Shown one piece after another: positions 8,927 to 18,393 of a stretch of DNA of 32,000 nt. Positions within the stretch are counted from its first letter, which is position 1. Each line of letters begins with the position of its first letter. The notes beneath the pieces are model-generated. The model did no database searches, was not told the origin of the DNA, and saw only the letters and a list, made by a program, of their open reading frames with translations. The stretch covers positions 124,108 through 156,107 of the forward strand of contig JAQVDW010000002.1 of the NCBI GenBank assembly GCA_028698185.1. Reading direction: 5' to 3'. Position numbers and translations under genes: made by a program. The DNA is from Erysipelotrichaceae bacterium. GTDB lineage: Bacteria > Bacillota_I > Bacilli_A > Erysipelotrichales > Coprobacillaceae.

Positions 8927-10564
8927 ATGATTAATAAATACCTTAATGATTTGAAACACGAATTTAAAAATTACAACACCCAAAAGTTCACCAAAGACCT
9001 CTTTGCGGGGATCACGGTAGGGGCAGTCGCATTGCCATTGGCTTTGGCGTTTGGTACAAGTTCAGGCGCAAGTGCATCGGCCGGTCTGATCACTGGCATT
9101 ATTGCCGGTATAATAATCGGAGCCCTATCTGGTGCGAGTTTCCAAATTTCGGGACCTACAGGTGCCATGGCCGCAATCCTGATAAACGTTTCCCTGCAGT
9201 ACGGTATGGAAGGAATCTTCATCAGTGCCCTTATTTCCGGAGTTGTCCTGACTGTTTTTGGTATCTTGAAACTGGGCCGGATTGTCAGTTTCATACCCAA
9301 TTCGGTAATCAGCGGCTTCACTTCCGGTATCGCCGTTGTCATTGCCAGCGGGCAGATAAACAACTTTTTTGGCACCGCTTCAACCGGCCACGACCTTATT
9401 GGGCATATTTCCTATTTTTTCCAAAATGGGTTTTCCTTCGATTATCAGACGACCCTGATAGGCCTGGCGACGATAATCCTGATAATAATTTATCCTAAGA
9501 AGCTCAATGAAGTGCTCCCTGGCAGCCTTACCGTGATTGTTCTTTTCATGGTATTGAACATTGTTTTCAAGTTTGATGTGGCGACTGTGGGAATGATTCC
9601 TAAATCGCTGATGCTTGAATCTAGACTGCACCTGAACCAGGTCAATCTTGACGCCATCAATAATCTCTTCTTGCCCGGAATCTCAATTGCATTGCTCGGG
9701 ATGATTGAATCACTATTGTGCGGGGCTACTGCAAGCAAAATGAAGGATGAACATTTCGATGGTACCCGCGAGCTAATCGGGCAGGGAATCGGAAACATGA
9801 TAATACCATTTTTTGGCGGGATTCCCGCAACCGCGGCTATTGCCAGAACAAGCGTGGCAGTCAAATCGGGGAGCGTGACCCGGCTGACATCGGTTATCCA
9901 TTCGATTTTCCTGGTTTTCGCCATGTTTGTTTTCGGCGGTTTCATCGCGAAGATACCGATGGCATCACTGGCTGCAGTCTTGATGGTGACTTCTTGGAAA
10001 ATGAACGATTGGGATTTCATCATCCCGACTTTTAAAAACAGAATAGCCACCCCATTGATCAAATTCGCGGTGACAATGGCAGCCACCATCATTTTCGATC
10101 TTACCGTCGCCATCGCCCTGGGAATGTTCGCTGCCATCATCCTGTTCGCCTTGAATAACAGCCAGCTTCATATTGACATCAAAGATGTCGACACATCAAA
10201 ATTGACCGGCCTTAGCTATCATCACCAGGATACCAAGGTGATGTACTTGTCAGGGACGATCTTCTTTGGCACCCAGGACCAAATCAGTGAGGCCATAAGG
10301 GGAATCCAGGAAGGCACCAAGGCCCTGGTATTGTCAATACGAGGAGTAAGTTCGATTGATGACACCGGGATCAGCGAGCTCAAAGACATTTATGAAAAAA
10401 TGGACTCCAGCGATATCAAGGTATATTTTAGCGGCATCAGCCCAAAAGTCCGGAAAGCCTTTGACGATCACCACTTCTTAGATGCCATTCCTGCCGATCG
10501 AATCTGCTGGGATGCAATCGAAGCGATTACTCGCTACGACCAAAGCCTGGAAGCGGCAGAATAA
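8927..10564 (+). CDS. SulP-family inorganic anion transporter with a C-terminal STAS domain
   Basis: The N-terminus DLFAGITVGAVALPLALAFG, many transmembrane segments and a STAS-like tail (YLSGTIFFG ... IRGVSSIDDTG). The start is set at ATG 8927, 9 nt after GGGAGGG. Confidence 0.9.
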   Translation: MINKYLNDLKHEFKNYNTQKFTKDLFAGITVGAVALPLALAFGTSSGASASAGLITGIIAGIIIGALSGASFQISGPTGAMAAILINVSLQYGMEGIFISALISGVVLTVFGILKLGRIVSFIPNSVISGFTSGIAVVIASGQINNFFGTASTGHDLIGHISYFFQNGFSFDYQTTLIGLATIILIIIYPKKLNEVLPGSLTVIVLFMVLNIVFKFDVATVGMIPKSLMLESRLHLNQVNLDAINNLFLPGISIALLGMIESLLCGATASKMKDEHFDGTRELIGQGIGNMIIPFFGGIPATAAIARTSVAVKSGSVTRLTSVIHSIFLVFAMFVFGGFIAKIPMASLAAVLMVTSWKMNDWDFIIPTFKNRIATPLIKFAVTMAATIIFDLTVAIALGMFAAIILFALNNSQLHIDIKDVDTSKLTGLSYHHQDTKVMYLSGTIFFGTQDQISEAIRGIQEGTKALVLSIRGVSSIDDTGISELKDIYEKMDSSDIKVYFSGISPKVRKAFDDHHFLDAIPADRICWDAIEAITRYDQSLEAAE

Positions 10565-10590
10565 CATCCGGATACTGACTGACCAATTAT

Positions 10591-10630
10591 AAAACGAGAG
10601 ACCGACAGTTTCGGAATCTCGTTTTATTTT
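10591..10630. terminator. Bidirectional terminator shared by SulP and pdxR
   Basis: AAAACGAGA ... TCTCGTTTT with an inner ACCGA/TCGG stem. T-runs follow on both strands, and the pdxR stop codon lies in the T tract. Confidence 0.75.
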
Positions 10631-12030
10631 TCCAAAACGGCGCCAAGAATAGCGATTGCTTTGGATATTTGGTTTTTATTTATCGATGAATAATTCAACA
10701 GGAATATATGTTCTATATCGTCCCTGCAGGCGACACTGTCATCGTAATATTGTGCCAGGCAGCTTATTTTCAATCCCATACTTCCGGCCCGTTCGATGAT
10801 CTCAAAATCGGGCAAGGTCGTGGTTACTTTCAAAAGAAAATGGAGTCCGGCATCCTCTTCCATTATTGCGACATGGTCTGCCAGCTTGCTTATCTTGATT
10901 TTCTCAATCAGCTCGTTTCGCAGATTCCGGTAATAAGTCCGCATCCGGTTTATATGCATCTCGAAATAACCGCATTCGATGAATCTTGCAAGTGTGTATT
11001 GTTCGAAATTGGATACCGTGCATGAATAAAAACCAAGATTTCGCTGGAATCTAGCCATCAAGCTGGGTGGCAGCACCATATAGCTGATCCGGATTGTCGA
11101 TGCCAGAGTTTTGGAGAAGGTGTTCATATAGATAACCTTTTCGGACTGGTCGATTCCCAGGAGTGGCGGGATCGGAGTGCCAAGTAGACGAAATTCGCTA
11201 TCAAAATCATCCTCGATTATATAGCGGTCATCCTGCTTCGCTGCCCAGCCTAGAAGTTCATACCGGCGGCTTACCGGTGTTATAATGCCTGTGGGGAAAT
11301 GGTGGCCCGGCGAGATATGGACAACATTGGCCGTGGCTTTTTCAACATCCGCGATGATGATGCCCTGCCCATCCATGCCTACCGGCTCGCACTTGACCCG
11401 GTTGCTCTTGTAAATCTGGACTATTTTCTGATATCCGGGATTTTCTACGGCATATGTAAGATCATGACCCAAAAGCTGGATCAATATTCCATAAAGGTAT
11501 TCCGTCCCGGCCCCGACAATCACCTGCTCGGGTTTCACCCGGACGCCCCGGAAATCAAGCAGATGGTCCGCGATTGCCTTACGCAATTGCCATACTCCGC
11601 CCGACGGAGAATTGGTCACCAGCTCACTTTTACACTCGTTCATGACTTCGCGCAGGAGCCTTGTCCAGGTATTGAATGGATAGTTGTCTGGATCAACCTG
11701 GTTGCTGGTGAAATCAATCTCATAGCTGACATGATCGGCAGTTTCATGATTTTCAGGTACATCACTGCGTTTTTCGACAAGATTTGACTTGATATCAGCG
11801 ACAAAATAGCCGCTTTTAATTTTGGAGTAGATATAGCCCTCGACCATCAGCTGGTTGTAGGCGTTCTCGATAGTGATTGTGCTGACGCTCAGGTGGCCGG
11901 CAAACGCCCTTTTTGAAGGCAATTTGGTCCCGACGGTCAAAACGCCGCTCGTAATGTCATTGCGGATTTGTTTGTATAGATACTGATAGAGCTTATCTGA
12001 CCCTATATCAGCCATTGAATATGTCAACAT
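10624..12030 (-). CDS. pdxR: MocR/GntR-family PLP-dependent transcriptional regulator, PdxR-like
   Basis: N-terminal GntR winged helix (LPSKRAFAGHLSVSTITIENAYNQL) fused to an aminotransferase fold with SFSK lysine. It is divergent from pdxST. The start is ATG 12030 (GGAGGTG plus 8 nt). Confidence 0.85.
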   Translation of the reverse strand: MLTYSMADIGSDKLYQYLYKQIRNDITSGVLTVGTKLPSKRAFAGHLSVSTITIENAYNQLMVEGYIYSKIKSGYFVADIKSNLVEKRSDVPENHETADHVSYEIDFTSNQVDPDNYPFNTWTRLLREVMNECKSELVTNSPSGGVWQLRKAIADHLLDFRGVRVKPEQVIVGAGTEYLYGILIQLLGHDLTYAVENPGYQKIVQIYKSNRVKCEPVGMDGQGIIIADVEKATANVVHISPGHHFPTGIITPVSRRYELLGWAAKQDDRYIIEDDFDSEFRLLGTPIPPLLGIDQSEKVIYMNTFSKTLASTIRISYMVLPPSLMARFQRNLGFYSCTVSNFEQYTLARFIECGYFEMHINRMRTYYRNLRNELIEKIKISKLADHVAIMEEDAGLHFLLKVTTTLPDFEIIERAGSMGLKISCLAQYYDDSVACRDDIEHIFLLNYSSINKNQISKAIAILGAVLEK

Positions 12031-12085
12031 AAGTATTTCACCTCCGAATCTGACCATCACAAGAACATGAAATCTGGCTATTTAA

Positions 12086-12118
12086 ATATGGTCAATTATG
12101 ATTATAATGGAACCATAT
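12086..12118. promoter_or_regulatory. Inverted repeat bracketing the pdxS -10 box; candidate PdxR operator
   Basis: ATATGGT (12086-12092) and ACCATAT (12112-12118) flank TATAAT (12103-12108) in the pdxR-pdxS intergenic region. Confidence 0.4.
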
Positions 12119-12158
12119 CAGGATTGCAATGAAAATATCATTGCCCAGGAGGATGAAG

Positions 12159-13034
12159 ATGAGCAACGAAAGAAACGAACTGAACAAACAATTGGCGCAA
12201 ATGCTTAAAGGCGGTGTGATCATGGACGTGACTACCCCGGAACAGGCGAAAATCGCCCAGGCGGCAGGTGCCTGTGCCGTAATGGCCCTTGAACGAATTC
12301 CGGCCGATATCCGCAGTGCCGGCGGTGTATCCCGTATGAGTGATCCAGCAATGATCAAAAGCATTCAGGATGCGGTGACAATCCCGGTAATGGCCAAATG
12401 CCGCATCGGACACTTTATGGAAGCCAAGGTGTTGGAAGCCATCGATATCGACTATATTGATGAAAGCGAAGTGTTGTCACCGGCTGACGACAAATACCAT
12501 ATCGACAAGAATGGCTTCTCGACTCCGTTTGTCTGCGGTGCCCGGGACCTGGGGGAAGCCTTGCGCAGAGTCGCCGAAGGAGCAACGATGATCCGGACCA
12601 AAGGAGAACCAGGAACAGGGGATGTCGTTCAAGCGGTCAGACACATGCGCCTTATCAACAGCCAAATCAGACTAGTCCAAAACATGCGTAAGGATGAACT
12701 GTTCGAAGCTGCCAAAGAATTTCAGGTTCCTTTGGATTTGTTGTGCTTTGTCCACGCTAACGGAAAATTGCCGGTAGTCAATTTTGCTGCCGGAGGAATC
12801 GCAACGCCAGCCGATGCCGCATTGATGATGCACCTTGGAGCTCAGGGAGTCTTTGTGGGTTCTGGAATATTCAAATCCGGGAATCCCCAGAAAAGAGCTG
12901 AAGCGATTGTCAATGCCGTGACAAATTACCAAGATGCCAGACTTGTGGCTGAATTGTCGACTGACCTGGGCGAAGCGATGGTTGGAATCAATGAGGACGA
13001 GATCAAAATCATAATGGAGCAAAGAGGATTATAA
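12159..13034 (+). CDS. pdxS: Pyridoxal 5'-phosphate synthase, lyase subunit PdxS
   Basis: [38 protein letters not shown] is the canonical PdxS sequence. The start is ATG 12159 (AGGAGG plus 6 nt). Confidence 0.95.
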   Translation: MSNERNELNKQLAQMLKGGVIMDVTTPEQAKIAQAAGACAVMALERIPADIRSAGGVSRMSDPAMIKSIQDAVTIPVMAKCRIGHFMEAKVLEAIDIDYIDESEVLSPADDKYHIDKNGFSTPFVCGARDLGEALRRVAEGATMIRTKGEPGTGDVVQAVRHMRLINSQIRLVQNMRKDELFEAAKEFQVPLDLLCFVHANGKLPVVNFAAGGIATPADAALMMHLGAQGVFVGSGIFKSGNPQKRAEAIVNAVTNYQDARLVAELSTDLGEAMVGINEDEIKIIMEQRGL

Positions 13035-13624
13035 TGGAGATTGGCGTATTAGCCCTCCAGGGCGCGTTCATTGAACATGAAATGATGCTTGAAAAGCTTG
13101 GTGTCAGCGTCAGGGAAATTAGGCAGAAAAAGGACCTTGATAGCCAACTTGATGGCTTAATCATCCCCGGCGGGGAGAGCACGGTCATGGGTAAACTGCT
13201 TGTCGATCTTGACCTTGTCGATTCGCTTAATGAGAAAATCGGTAAAGGTCTTCCGGCCTTTGGCACCTGCGCCGGCTTAATCTTGCTGGCCAAAGAAGTG
13301 GACGGGAAGCCGGGGCTGCTGGGAACGATGAACATCTCCGCCAAACGCAACGCCTACGGCCGTCAATCAGGAAGCTTCGTCGCAACCGAGGTTTTCGCAT
13401 ACAAGCGTTCCGTTTTGATGACTTTCATCAGGGCCCCTTATATCGAAAGTGTTGATCATTCGGTTGAGATCCTGGCAAGAGTAGATGGCAATATTGTCGC
13501 TGCCAGAGAGAACAACATTCTAGTAACAGCCTTCCATCCGGAACTTGACGGAGACACTTTCGTTCATGAGTATTTCCTTGACATCGTGAAAAAATATATT
13601 GAAAGCCAAAAAAATGAAGCTTGA
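13034..13624 (+). CDS. pdxT: Pyridoxal 5'-phosphate synthase, glutaminase subunit PdxT
   Basis: Class I amidotransferase motifs (GVLALQG, PGGESTV, GTCAG, FHPE). The start overlaps the pdxS stop. Confidence 0.95.
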   Translation: MEIGVLALQGAFIEHEMMLEKLGVSVREIRQKKDLDSQLDGLIIPGGESTVMGKLLVDLDLVDSLNEKIGKGLPAFGTCAGLILLAKEVDGKPGLLGTMNISAKRNAYGRQSGSFVATEVFAYKRSVLMTFIRAPYIESVDHSVEILARVDGNIVAARENNILVTAFHPELDGDTFVHEYFLDIVKKYIESQKNEA

Positions 13625-13645
13625 TCGCCAGCTTCATTTTTTTCT
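13611..13645 (+). terminator. pdxST terminator
   Basis: AATGAAGC-loop-GCTTCATT followed by TTTTT. The pdxT stop codon is in the loop. Confidence 0.75.
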
Positions 13646-13653
13646 GATCATAT

Positions 13654-13682
13654 AAAAAAACCTTGATTGACTCAAGGTTTTG
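13654..13682 (-). terminator. rpsR operon terminator
   Basis: Stem AAACCTTGA/TCAAGGTTT (13658-13666 with 13672-13680) with a 7-T run on the minus strand. Confidence 0.75.
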
Positions 13683-13690
13683 AAAGCTAA

Positions 13691-13921
13691 TTATTCACCA
13701 ACGTATGGTAATAAAGCCATTTGACGAGCGCGTTTGATTGCAGTAGCCAATTGTCTTTGATATTTAGCAGAAGTTCCAGTTACACGTCTAGGAATGATTT
13801 TCCCGTTAGCTGAAACGAATTTCTTTAATAATTCAACATCTTTGTAATCGATGTAAGTGATTTTGTTTTTAGTGAAGAAACAAACTTTTTTTCTTCCCAT
13901 TCTTGGTCTTCTAAATGCCAT
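13691..13921 (-). CDS. rpsR: 30S ribosomal protein S18
   Basis: The [18 protein letters not shown] and [10 protein letters not shown] motifs. rpsF-ssb-rpsR order. Confidence 0.95.
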   Translation of the reverse strand: MAFRRPRMGRKKVCFFTKNKITYIDYKDVELLKKFVSANGKIIPRRVTGTSAKYQRQLATAIKRARQMALLPYVGE

Positions 13922-13939
13922 GAATTAAATCTCCTTTCA

Positions 13940-14455
13940 TTAAAACTCAATATCATCTTGCATGATATCGTAAATGTCGTCAGTATTGTCAAAATCCTGT
14001 TCCAATTGGACAGTCCTCATATTGTACTGACTGTTGTCTTGTTGTGTAGTCTGATTGTAAGATGGTTGTTGTTGTTGATTAAACCCTTGATTGAAATCAA
14101 AAGCGGCAGGATTGCTCGTTTGCCGTTGGTTATTGGCATTTCGCGTATCCAGGAATTGCACCGAATCACAGACAACTTCAGTTACATATACTTTTTGTCC
14201 CTGATTGTTGTCATAGCTTCTAGTTTGCAGGCGTCCTGTGACACCAACCAATGAACCCTTTGAGCAATAGCGCTCAGTGTTTTCAGCCGGCTTATTCCAT
14301 ACCACACAGTTGATAAAATCCGCATCAGGACCGTTGTCGCTCTTGAATGTACGGTTTACCGCCAATGTGAAGCTTGTAACTGCCGTTCCGCTACCTGTTC
14401 TTCTTAACTCAGGATCTCTTGTCATTCTTCCAACTAAAACTACATTATTAATCAT
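13940..14455 (-). CDS. ssb: Single-stranded DNA-binding protein
   Basis: OB-fold N-terminus [18 protein letters not shown], a Q/N-rich linker and an acidic C-terminal tail. Confidence 0.95.
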   Translation of the reverse strand: MINNVVLVGRMTRDPELRRTGSGTAVTSFTLAVNRTFKSDNGPDADFINCVVWNKPAENTERYCSKGSLVGVTGRLQTRSYDNNQGQKVYVTEVVCDSVQFLDTRNANNQRQTSNPAAFDFNQGFNQQQQPSYNQTTQQDNSQYNMRTVQLEQDFDNTDDIYDIMQDDIEF

Positions 14456-14469
14456 TCTTTTTCTCCTTA

Positions 14470-14751
14470 TTATTTACGAAGAATTAAATGACGCATCATT
14501 GAAGCGTTGATTAATGATAAACGGTCGAATTCTTTTACGTTTTCAGCAGGACAAGTAACGTTTAAGATTACATAGTATCCTTTTTTGAAATCTTGAATTT
14601 CGTAAGCTAAGTCACGTAATCCCCATTCATCAACATTGTCGATTGTTCCACCGTTAACTTCTAATACTTTTTTGAATTGTTCAACTAAAGCATTTCTAGC
14701 GTCGTCTTCAACGTTAGGTTTAACGATAAACATGATTTCGTATTTGTTCAT
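14470..14751 (-). CDS. rpsF: 30S ribosomal protein S6
   Basis: [17 protein letters not shown] and [10 protein letters not shown] motifs. Confidence 0.95.
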   Translation of the reverse strand: MNKYEIMFIVKPNVEDDARNALVEQFKKVLEVNGGTIDNVDEWGLRDLAYEIQDFKKGYYVILNVTCPAENVKEFDRLSLINASMMRHLILRK

Positions 14752-14877
14752 TTCTATACCTCCTATGGACTATTGGCCTATTTTTTCAATAAGCAGGCTG
14801 TAAAATAATTTACATGCTCAAATAACATATCACATTCGAATTCGAAAATCAAGTCTTTATCAAATTAATTTGCGCTT

Positions 14878-15516
14878 CTATTTAATATCTTCGATCGTTG
14901 TCAATTTAATATTCTCATAACTTCCCATAACGACGTGAACGTCATTTCGGGAAAATGCTTCGACCAGGGAAGCATCGTCAGTCGCCTGATAGCCTGCGTC
15001 TTTGGCTTTCAGGTAACATTCTTTGATCAATTCAGTTTTGAACGCTTGCGGTGTCTGGGCCTGGTAGAGGGTTTTCCGGTCGTATGTCTCGATCACTTTG
15101 CCGTCCACCACTTTCTTGATCGTGTCCTTGACCGGAACCATCAAAAGGCAGGCATCCATTTTTTCCACTGTTTCCAACAGATTGTCAAGACAATTACGGG
15201 GCACGTATGGCCGAGCTCCGTCATGGATCAACACATGGTCGCAGCGGACCAGTTTCAATCCTTCCAAAACACTGTCCTGACGTTCTTTCCCGCCATCCAC
15301 AAATGTGAGCTTATCGTTTTCCACTATGACCTCGAAGATTTCCCGTTCTTCCGGTTTGGTTACCACGATAATTTCCTGACATCTATGATCATCAAGAAAA
15401 AGCTCCAATGTCTGTTGATAGACGGTCTTGCCGGCAATTTTATAGAGAACCTTATTATAACCCAGATCCATCCGGGTTCCCGAACCGGCGCATAAAACAA
15501 TAACACTGTACTTCAT
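14878..15516 (-). CDS. ispD: IspD-family cytidylyltransferase (2-C-methyl-D-erythritol 4-phosphate cytidylyltransferase; a TarI-like role is not excluded)
   Basis: VLCAGSGTRM, GGKERQDSV, IHDGARP and QTPQAF motifs. Confidence 0.8.
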   Translation of the reverse strand: MKYSVIVLCAGSGTRMDLGYNKVLYKIAGKTVYQQTLELFLDDHRCQEIIVVTKPEEREIFEVIVENDKLTFVDGGKERQDSVLEGLKLVRCDHVLIHDGARPYVPRNCLDNLLETVEKMDACLLMVPVKDTIKKVVDGKVIETYDRKTLYQAQTPQAFKTELIKECYLKAKDAGYQATDDASLVEAFSRNDVHVVMGSYENIKLTTIEDIK

Positions 15517-15559
15517 TTGAATTTACCTCTCCTGTTCATTATATATTATTTTAAAACCT

Positions 15560-15591
15560 TTGTAACCATTTTCTAAAAATTTTGTTATAAT
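15560..15591 (+). promoter_or_regulatory. Extended -10 promoter of the alarmone synthetase gene
   Basis: TGTTATAAT (15583-15591, TGnTATAAT type) lies 19 nt before the ATG. TTGTAA at 15560-15565 has an over-long 20-nt spacer. Confidence 0.5.
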
Positions 15592-15610
15592 GAAAGTTGA
15601 GGTGAAATTT

Positions 15611-16321
15611 ATGCCAAACAAAATTATGAAGCGGGAAATCCGATCAGACATCAATTCATTTATGCTTTCAGAATCATTGGCTGATGTCTTCAGCGAATAT
15701 CGGATTCTCGAGCAGGTTTACGCGGCCGGATTGAAGGAAGTCCAGACAAAACTCGAAATCCTGGATGACGAATTTTCAGTGAAGTATGACTATAATCCCA
15801 TCCATCACATGGAATACCGGCTCAAGTCGCCAAAGAGCATAGTCAAGAAAGTTAAGAAAAAAAACATCGAAGTAAATCTCCAGTCGATAGAAGAAAACTT
15901 GCTGGACATCGCCGGAATCCGGGTGATCTGCAATTACGAAAAAGACATCTATCGGATTTTCAATCTATTGACCAAACAGAACGATATCAAAATTCTTGAA
16001 GTCAAAGACTATTTGAAAAATCCCAAACCGAGCGGTTACCGTTCCTTGCATCTTGTTGTTTCCATCCCGGTATTTTTGGCTGACAGCTGCCGGAATGTCC
16101 CGGTTGAAATCCAGATAAGAACTGTGGCCATGGATTACTGGGCTAGTCTGGAGCATCATCTGAAATACAAAAATGAAAACTCGATACCGGATGATGTCAA
16201 AGAAAGGTTGCTTCAATGCGCCAACGTAATAGCCAGTGTCCAGAATGAGATGGAATCCATTCATAACGAACTTTACACTACTTCACATACCGACGATCGC
16301 AAAAGCAAAAAACGCCCTTAA
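15611..16321 (+). CDS. Small alarmone synthetase (RelQ/RelP-type RelA-SpoT synthetase-only protein)
   Basis: YRLKSPKSIVKK, DIAGIRVICNY, GYRSLHLVV and EIQIRTVAMDYWASLEH motifs, with no hydrolase domain. The start is ATG 15611 (GAGGTG plus 6 nt). Confidence 0.9.
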   Translation: MPNKIMKREIRSDINSFMLSESLADVFSEYRILEQVYAAGLKEVQTKLEILDDEFSVKYDYNPIHHMEYRLKSPKSIVKKVKKKNIEVNLQSIEENLLDIAGIRVICNYEKDIYRIFNLLTKQNDIKILEVKDYLKNPKPSGYRSLHLVVSIPVFLADSCRNVPVEIQIRTVAMDYWASLEHHLKYKNENSIPDDVKERLLQCANVIASVQNEMESIHNELYTTSHTDDRKSKKRP

Positions 16322-16337
16322 TTTAGGCGTTTTTTAT
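16307..16337. terminator. Bidirectional terminator between the alarmone synthetase gene and lysA
   Basis: AAAAAACGCC-loop-GGCGTTTTTT. Both convergent stop codons lie in or next to the hairpin. Confidence 0.75.
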
Positions 16338-17635
16338 TATTCCACATCAAATGCGACCAAATCAGCGAATGTCTGGCGGCGTACAACCAATTCCGATTTT
16401 CCATTTTCGACAAAAACAACTGCCGGTTTAGGAAGCTGATTATAATTCGAAGACATTGAGTAATGGTAGGCACCGGTTGAGAAGCATGCCAGGATGTCAC
16501 CAGGTTTTGGATAAGCAAGCAGGATATCCTTGATCAGAATATCTCCCGACTCGCAGTTTTTCCCAGCAACCGTCACTTCTTCCAACGGTTCGTCACCGGC
16601 ACGGTTGGCCACGACCGCGCCGTATTTGGCACCATAAAGGCTGGCGCGGATATTGTCCGTCATCCCGCCATCAACTGAAATATATTTGCGGATACCTTGG
16701 ATTTCCTTGATTGAACCTACCGTATAAAGTGTTATTCCGGCATTTCCGACCACGAAACGTCCCGGTTCGATCAAAACCATCGGCATTGGCAATTCGATCT
16801 TTGCGAACGCATCGCTCAACACTTTCATGATCGTTTCGGTGATTTTTACGAAATCCACCGGATGATCTTCCTTGGTATAGGCAATCCCATATCCGCCACC
16901 TGTATTCAATTTTTTCACGTTAACGCCTAACTGGTCATAGATTTCCTTTGTGATATCCACGAATTTGGCCAAAGCCAGCTCATATGCCTGGATATCCTCG
17001 ATTTGGGAACCGATGTGGAAATGAATTCCTTCGAATTCCATATTCGGTGAAGCCAAAATCTGGCGGATTGCTGTCAGGTAAGATCCGTCATGGTTGGAAA
17101 AACCGAACTTGGTGTCTTTGGCACCGACCCGGATGAAATCATGACCACCGGCGTAAACGCCTGGTGTTATCCTGACAGTAGCCATTATTTTCTTTTGCAT
17201 TCTTCTGGCGATCTCATTGCCTATTTCAATCTCATAGAAATTGTCGACCACAAAATGGGTGACGTTGTTTTCCAGGGCATATTCGATTTCACTTGGCAAT
17301 TTGTTGTTGCCATGGAAATAGATTTTGTCCGGGTCATAACCGCTGGCCAAAGCGATTGAAATTTCTCCCGCTGAGACGCAGTCCAGTCCCACACCATACT
17401 CTTTGGCGAGCTTGTACATTGCTTTGCATGAAAACGACTTAGAGGCGAACAACGGTAAAACATTGTCGTATTTCTCCAAAAAATCATTTTTCAGGTAACT
17501 CAACTGTTTGCGGATATGGCCTTTTGACATCACATATAATGGTGATCCATATTCTTTTACTAAATCCAAAGCACTGACCCCGTCAATATACAGGGTATTG
17601 TCTTTTACTGTTGCAAATTCTGTTTGAAAAAACAT
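16337..17635 (-). CDS. lysA: Diaminopimelate decarboxylase
   Basis: Fold-III PLP decarboxylase motifs (FASKSFS, HFHIGSQ, GGGYGI, CESGD). Operon context with dapA and dapB. Confidence 0.9.
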   Translation of the reverse strand: MFFQTEFATVKDNTLYIDGVSALDLVKEYGSPLYVMSKGHIRKQLSYLKNDFLEKYDNVLPLFASKSFSCKAMYKLAKEYGVGLDCVSAGEISIALASGYDPDKIYFHGNNKLPSEIEYALENNVTHFVVDNFYEIEIGNEIARRMQKKIMATVRITPGVYAGGHDFIRVGAKDTKFGFSNHDGSYLTAIRQILASPNMEFEGIHFHIGSQIEDIQAYELALAKFVDITKEIYDQLGVNVKKLNTGGGYGIAYTKEDHPVDFVKITETIMKVLSDAFAKIELPMPMVLIEPGRFVVGNAGITLYTVGSIKEIQGIRKYISVDGGMTDNIRASLYGAKYGAVVANRAGDEPLEEVTVAGKNCESGDILIKDILLAYPKPGDILACFSTGAYHYSMSSNYNQLPKPAVVFVENGKSELVVRRQTFADLVAFDVE

Positions 17636-17645
17636 TCGATTCTCC

Positions 17646-18392
17646 TTAATATAAAGTTTTCAGGGTGTAAAGCCCTGCTTCTTTGTCTGCCAATGAAAAT
17701 GCAGCCGCGATAGATCCCTGGACAAAAACATCCTTGGATAAAGCTGTATGTTTCAATTCGACAATCTCATCTAGTCCGGCAAACATGATTTGATGTTCGC
17801 CAAAGATAGTGCCACCACGCATCGCGCTGACTCCAATCTCATTCTTTTCTCTTTTCTGACGCACTTGGGAACGGTCATACACCGCGTGGGTATCCTCGAT
17901 CTTTTCATGCATCACATCGTAAAGCAAAACAGCCGTGCCGCTCGGAGCATCGATTTTCTGGTTGTGATGCTTTTCCAAAATCTCAATGTCGAAACCATTA
18001 TCGTAGAATTCCTTGGCTACCTGCTTCAAGATTTTGGTTACCATCTGGATTCCAAACGAAGTGTTGTATGATTGGAAGATTGCGCATGATTCGCTGGCCT
18101 TTTCCACCTTTTCCAACTGTTGAGCCGAAAGGCCGGTTGTCGCGAGCACCAATTTGGTCTTGGTCGCCACACAATATTCCAGGATATCGTCAAGATTGTT
18201 CGGGTGTGAGAAATCGATAATCACATCGGCAACATCCTGGAATTCCTTTAAAGAACGGTAAGTAGCGATGTCTTGGGGCTTGTTGTCAAAAATAGGCGAT
18301 ATCACCCCTACCAGTTCCATGTTTTCATTTTCTTTAACCTTATTGACGATTTTTTGACCCATCAGGCCGTAACCATAAACTAGTGTCCGCAT
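17646..18392 (-). CDS. dapB: 4-hydroxy-tetrahydrodipicolinate reductase
   Basis: GYGLMGQ Rossmann motif and EKHHNQKIDAPSGTA motif. The start is ATG 18392, 1 nt after the dapA stop. The track start at 18413 would overlap dapA. Confidence 0.9.
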   Translation of the reverse strand: MRTLVYGYGLMGQKIVNKVKENENMELVGVISPIFDNKPQDIATYRSLKEFQDVADVIIDFSHPNNLDDILEYCVATKTKLVLATTGLSAQQLEKVEKASESCAIFQSYNTSFGIQMVTKILKQVAKEFYDNGFDIEILEKHHNQKIDAPSGTAVLLYDVMHEKIEDTHAVYDRSQVRQKREKNEIGVSAMRGGTIFGEHQIMFAGLDEIVELKHTALSKDVFVQGSIAAAFSLADKEAGLYTLKTLY

Positions 18393-18393
18393 C

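Noticed and set aside
8685-8930. 81-aa ORF in the glycosidase/SulP intergenic region
   Set aside because: It is AT-rich and low-complexity, has no RBS, and runs through the SulP ribosome binding site and start. The region more likely holds divergent promoters.
8971-10171. Minus-strand ORFs of up to 216 aa inside the SulP gene
   Set aside because: They are shadow frames of a transporter gene. Their translations are Pro/Ala/Ile-rich mirror sequences with no starts or RBS.
14835-14846. 12-bp palindrome TTCGAATTCGAA upstream of rpsF
   Set aside because: It is short and sits within a plausible promoter spacer, and nothing suggests a function. I also could not confirm the S6:S18-binding leader structure known in other Bacillota by eye.
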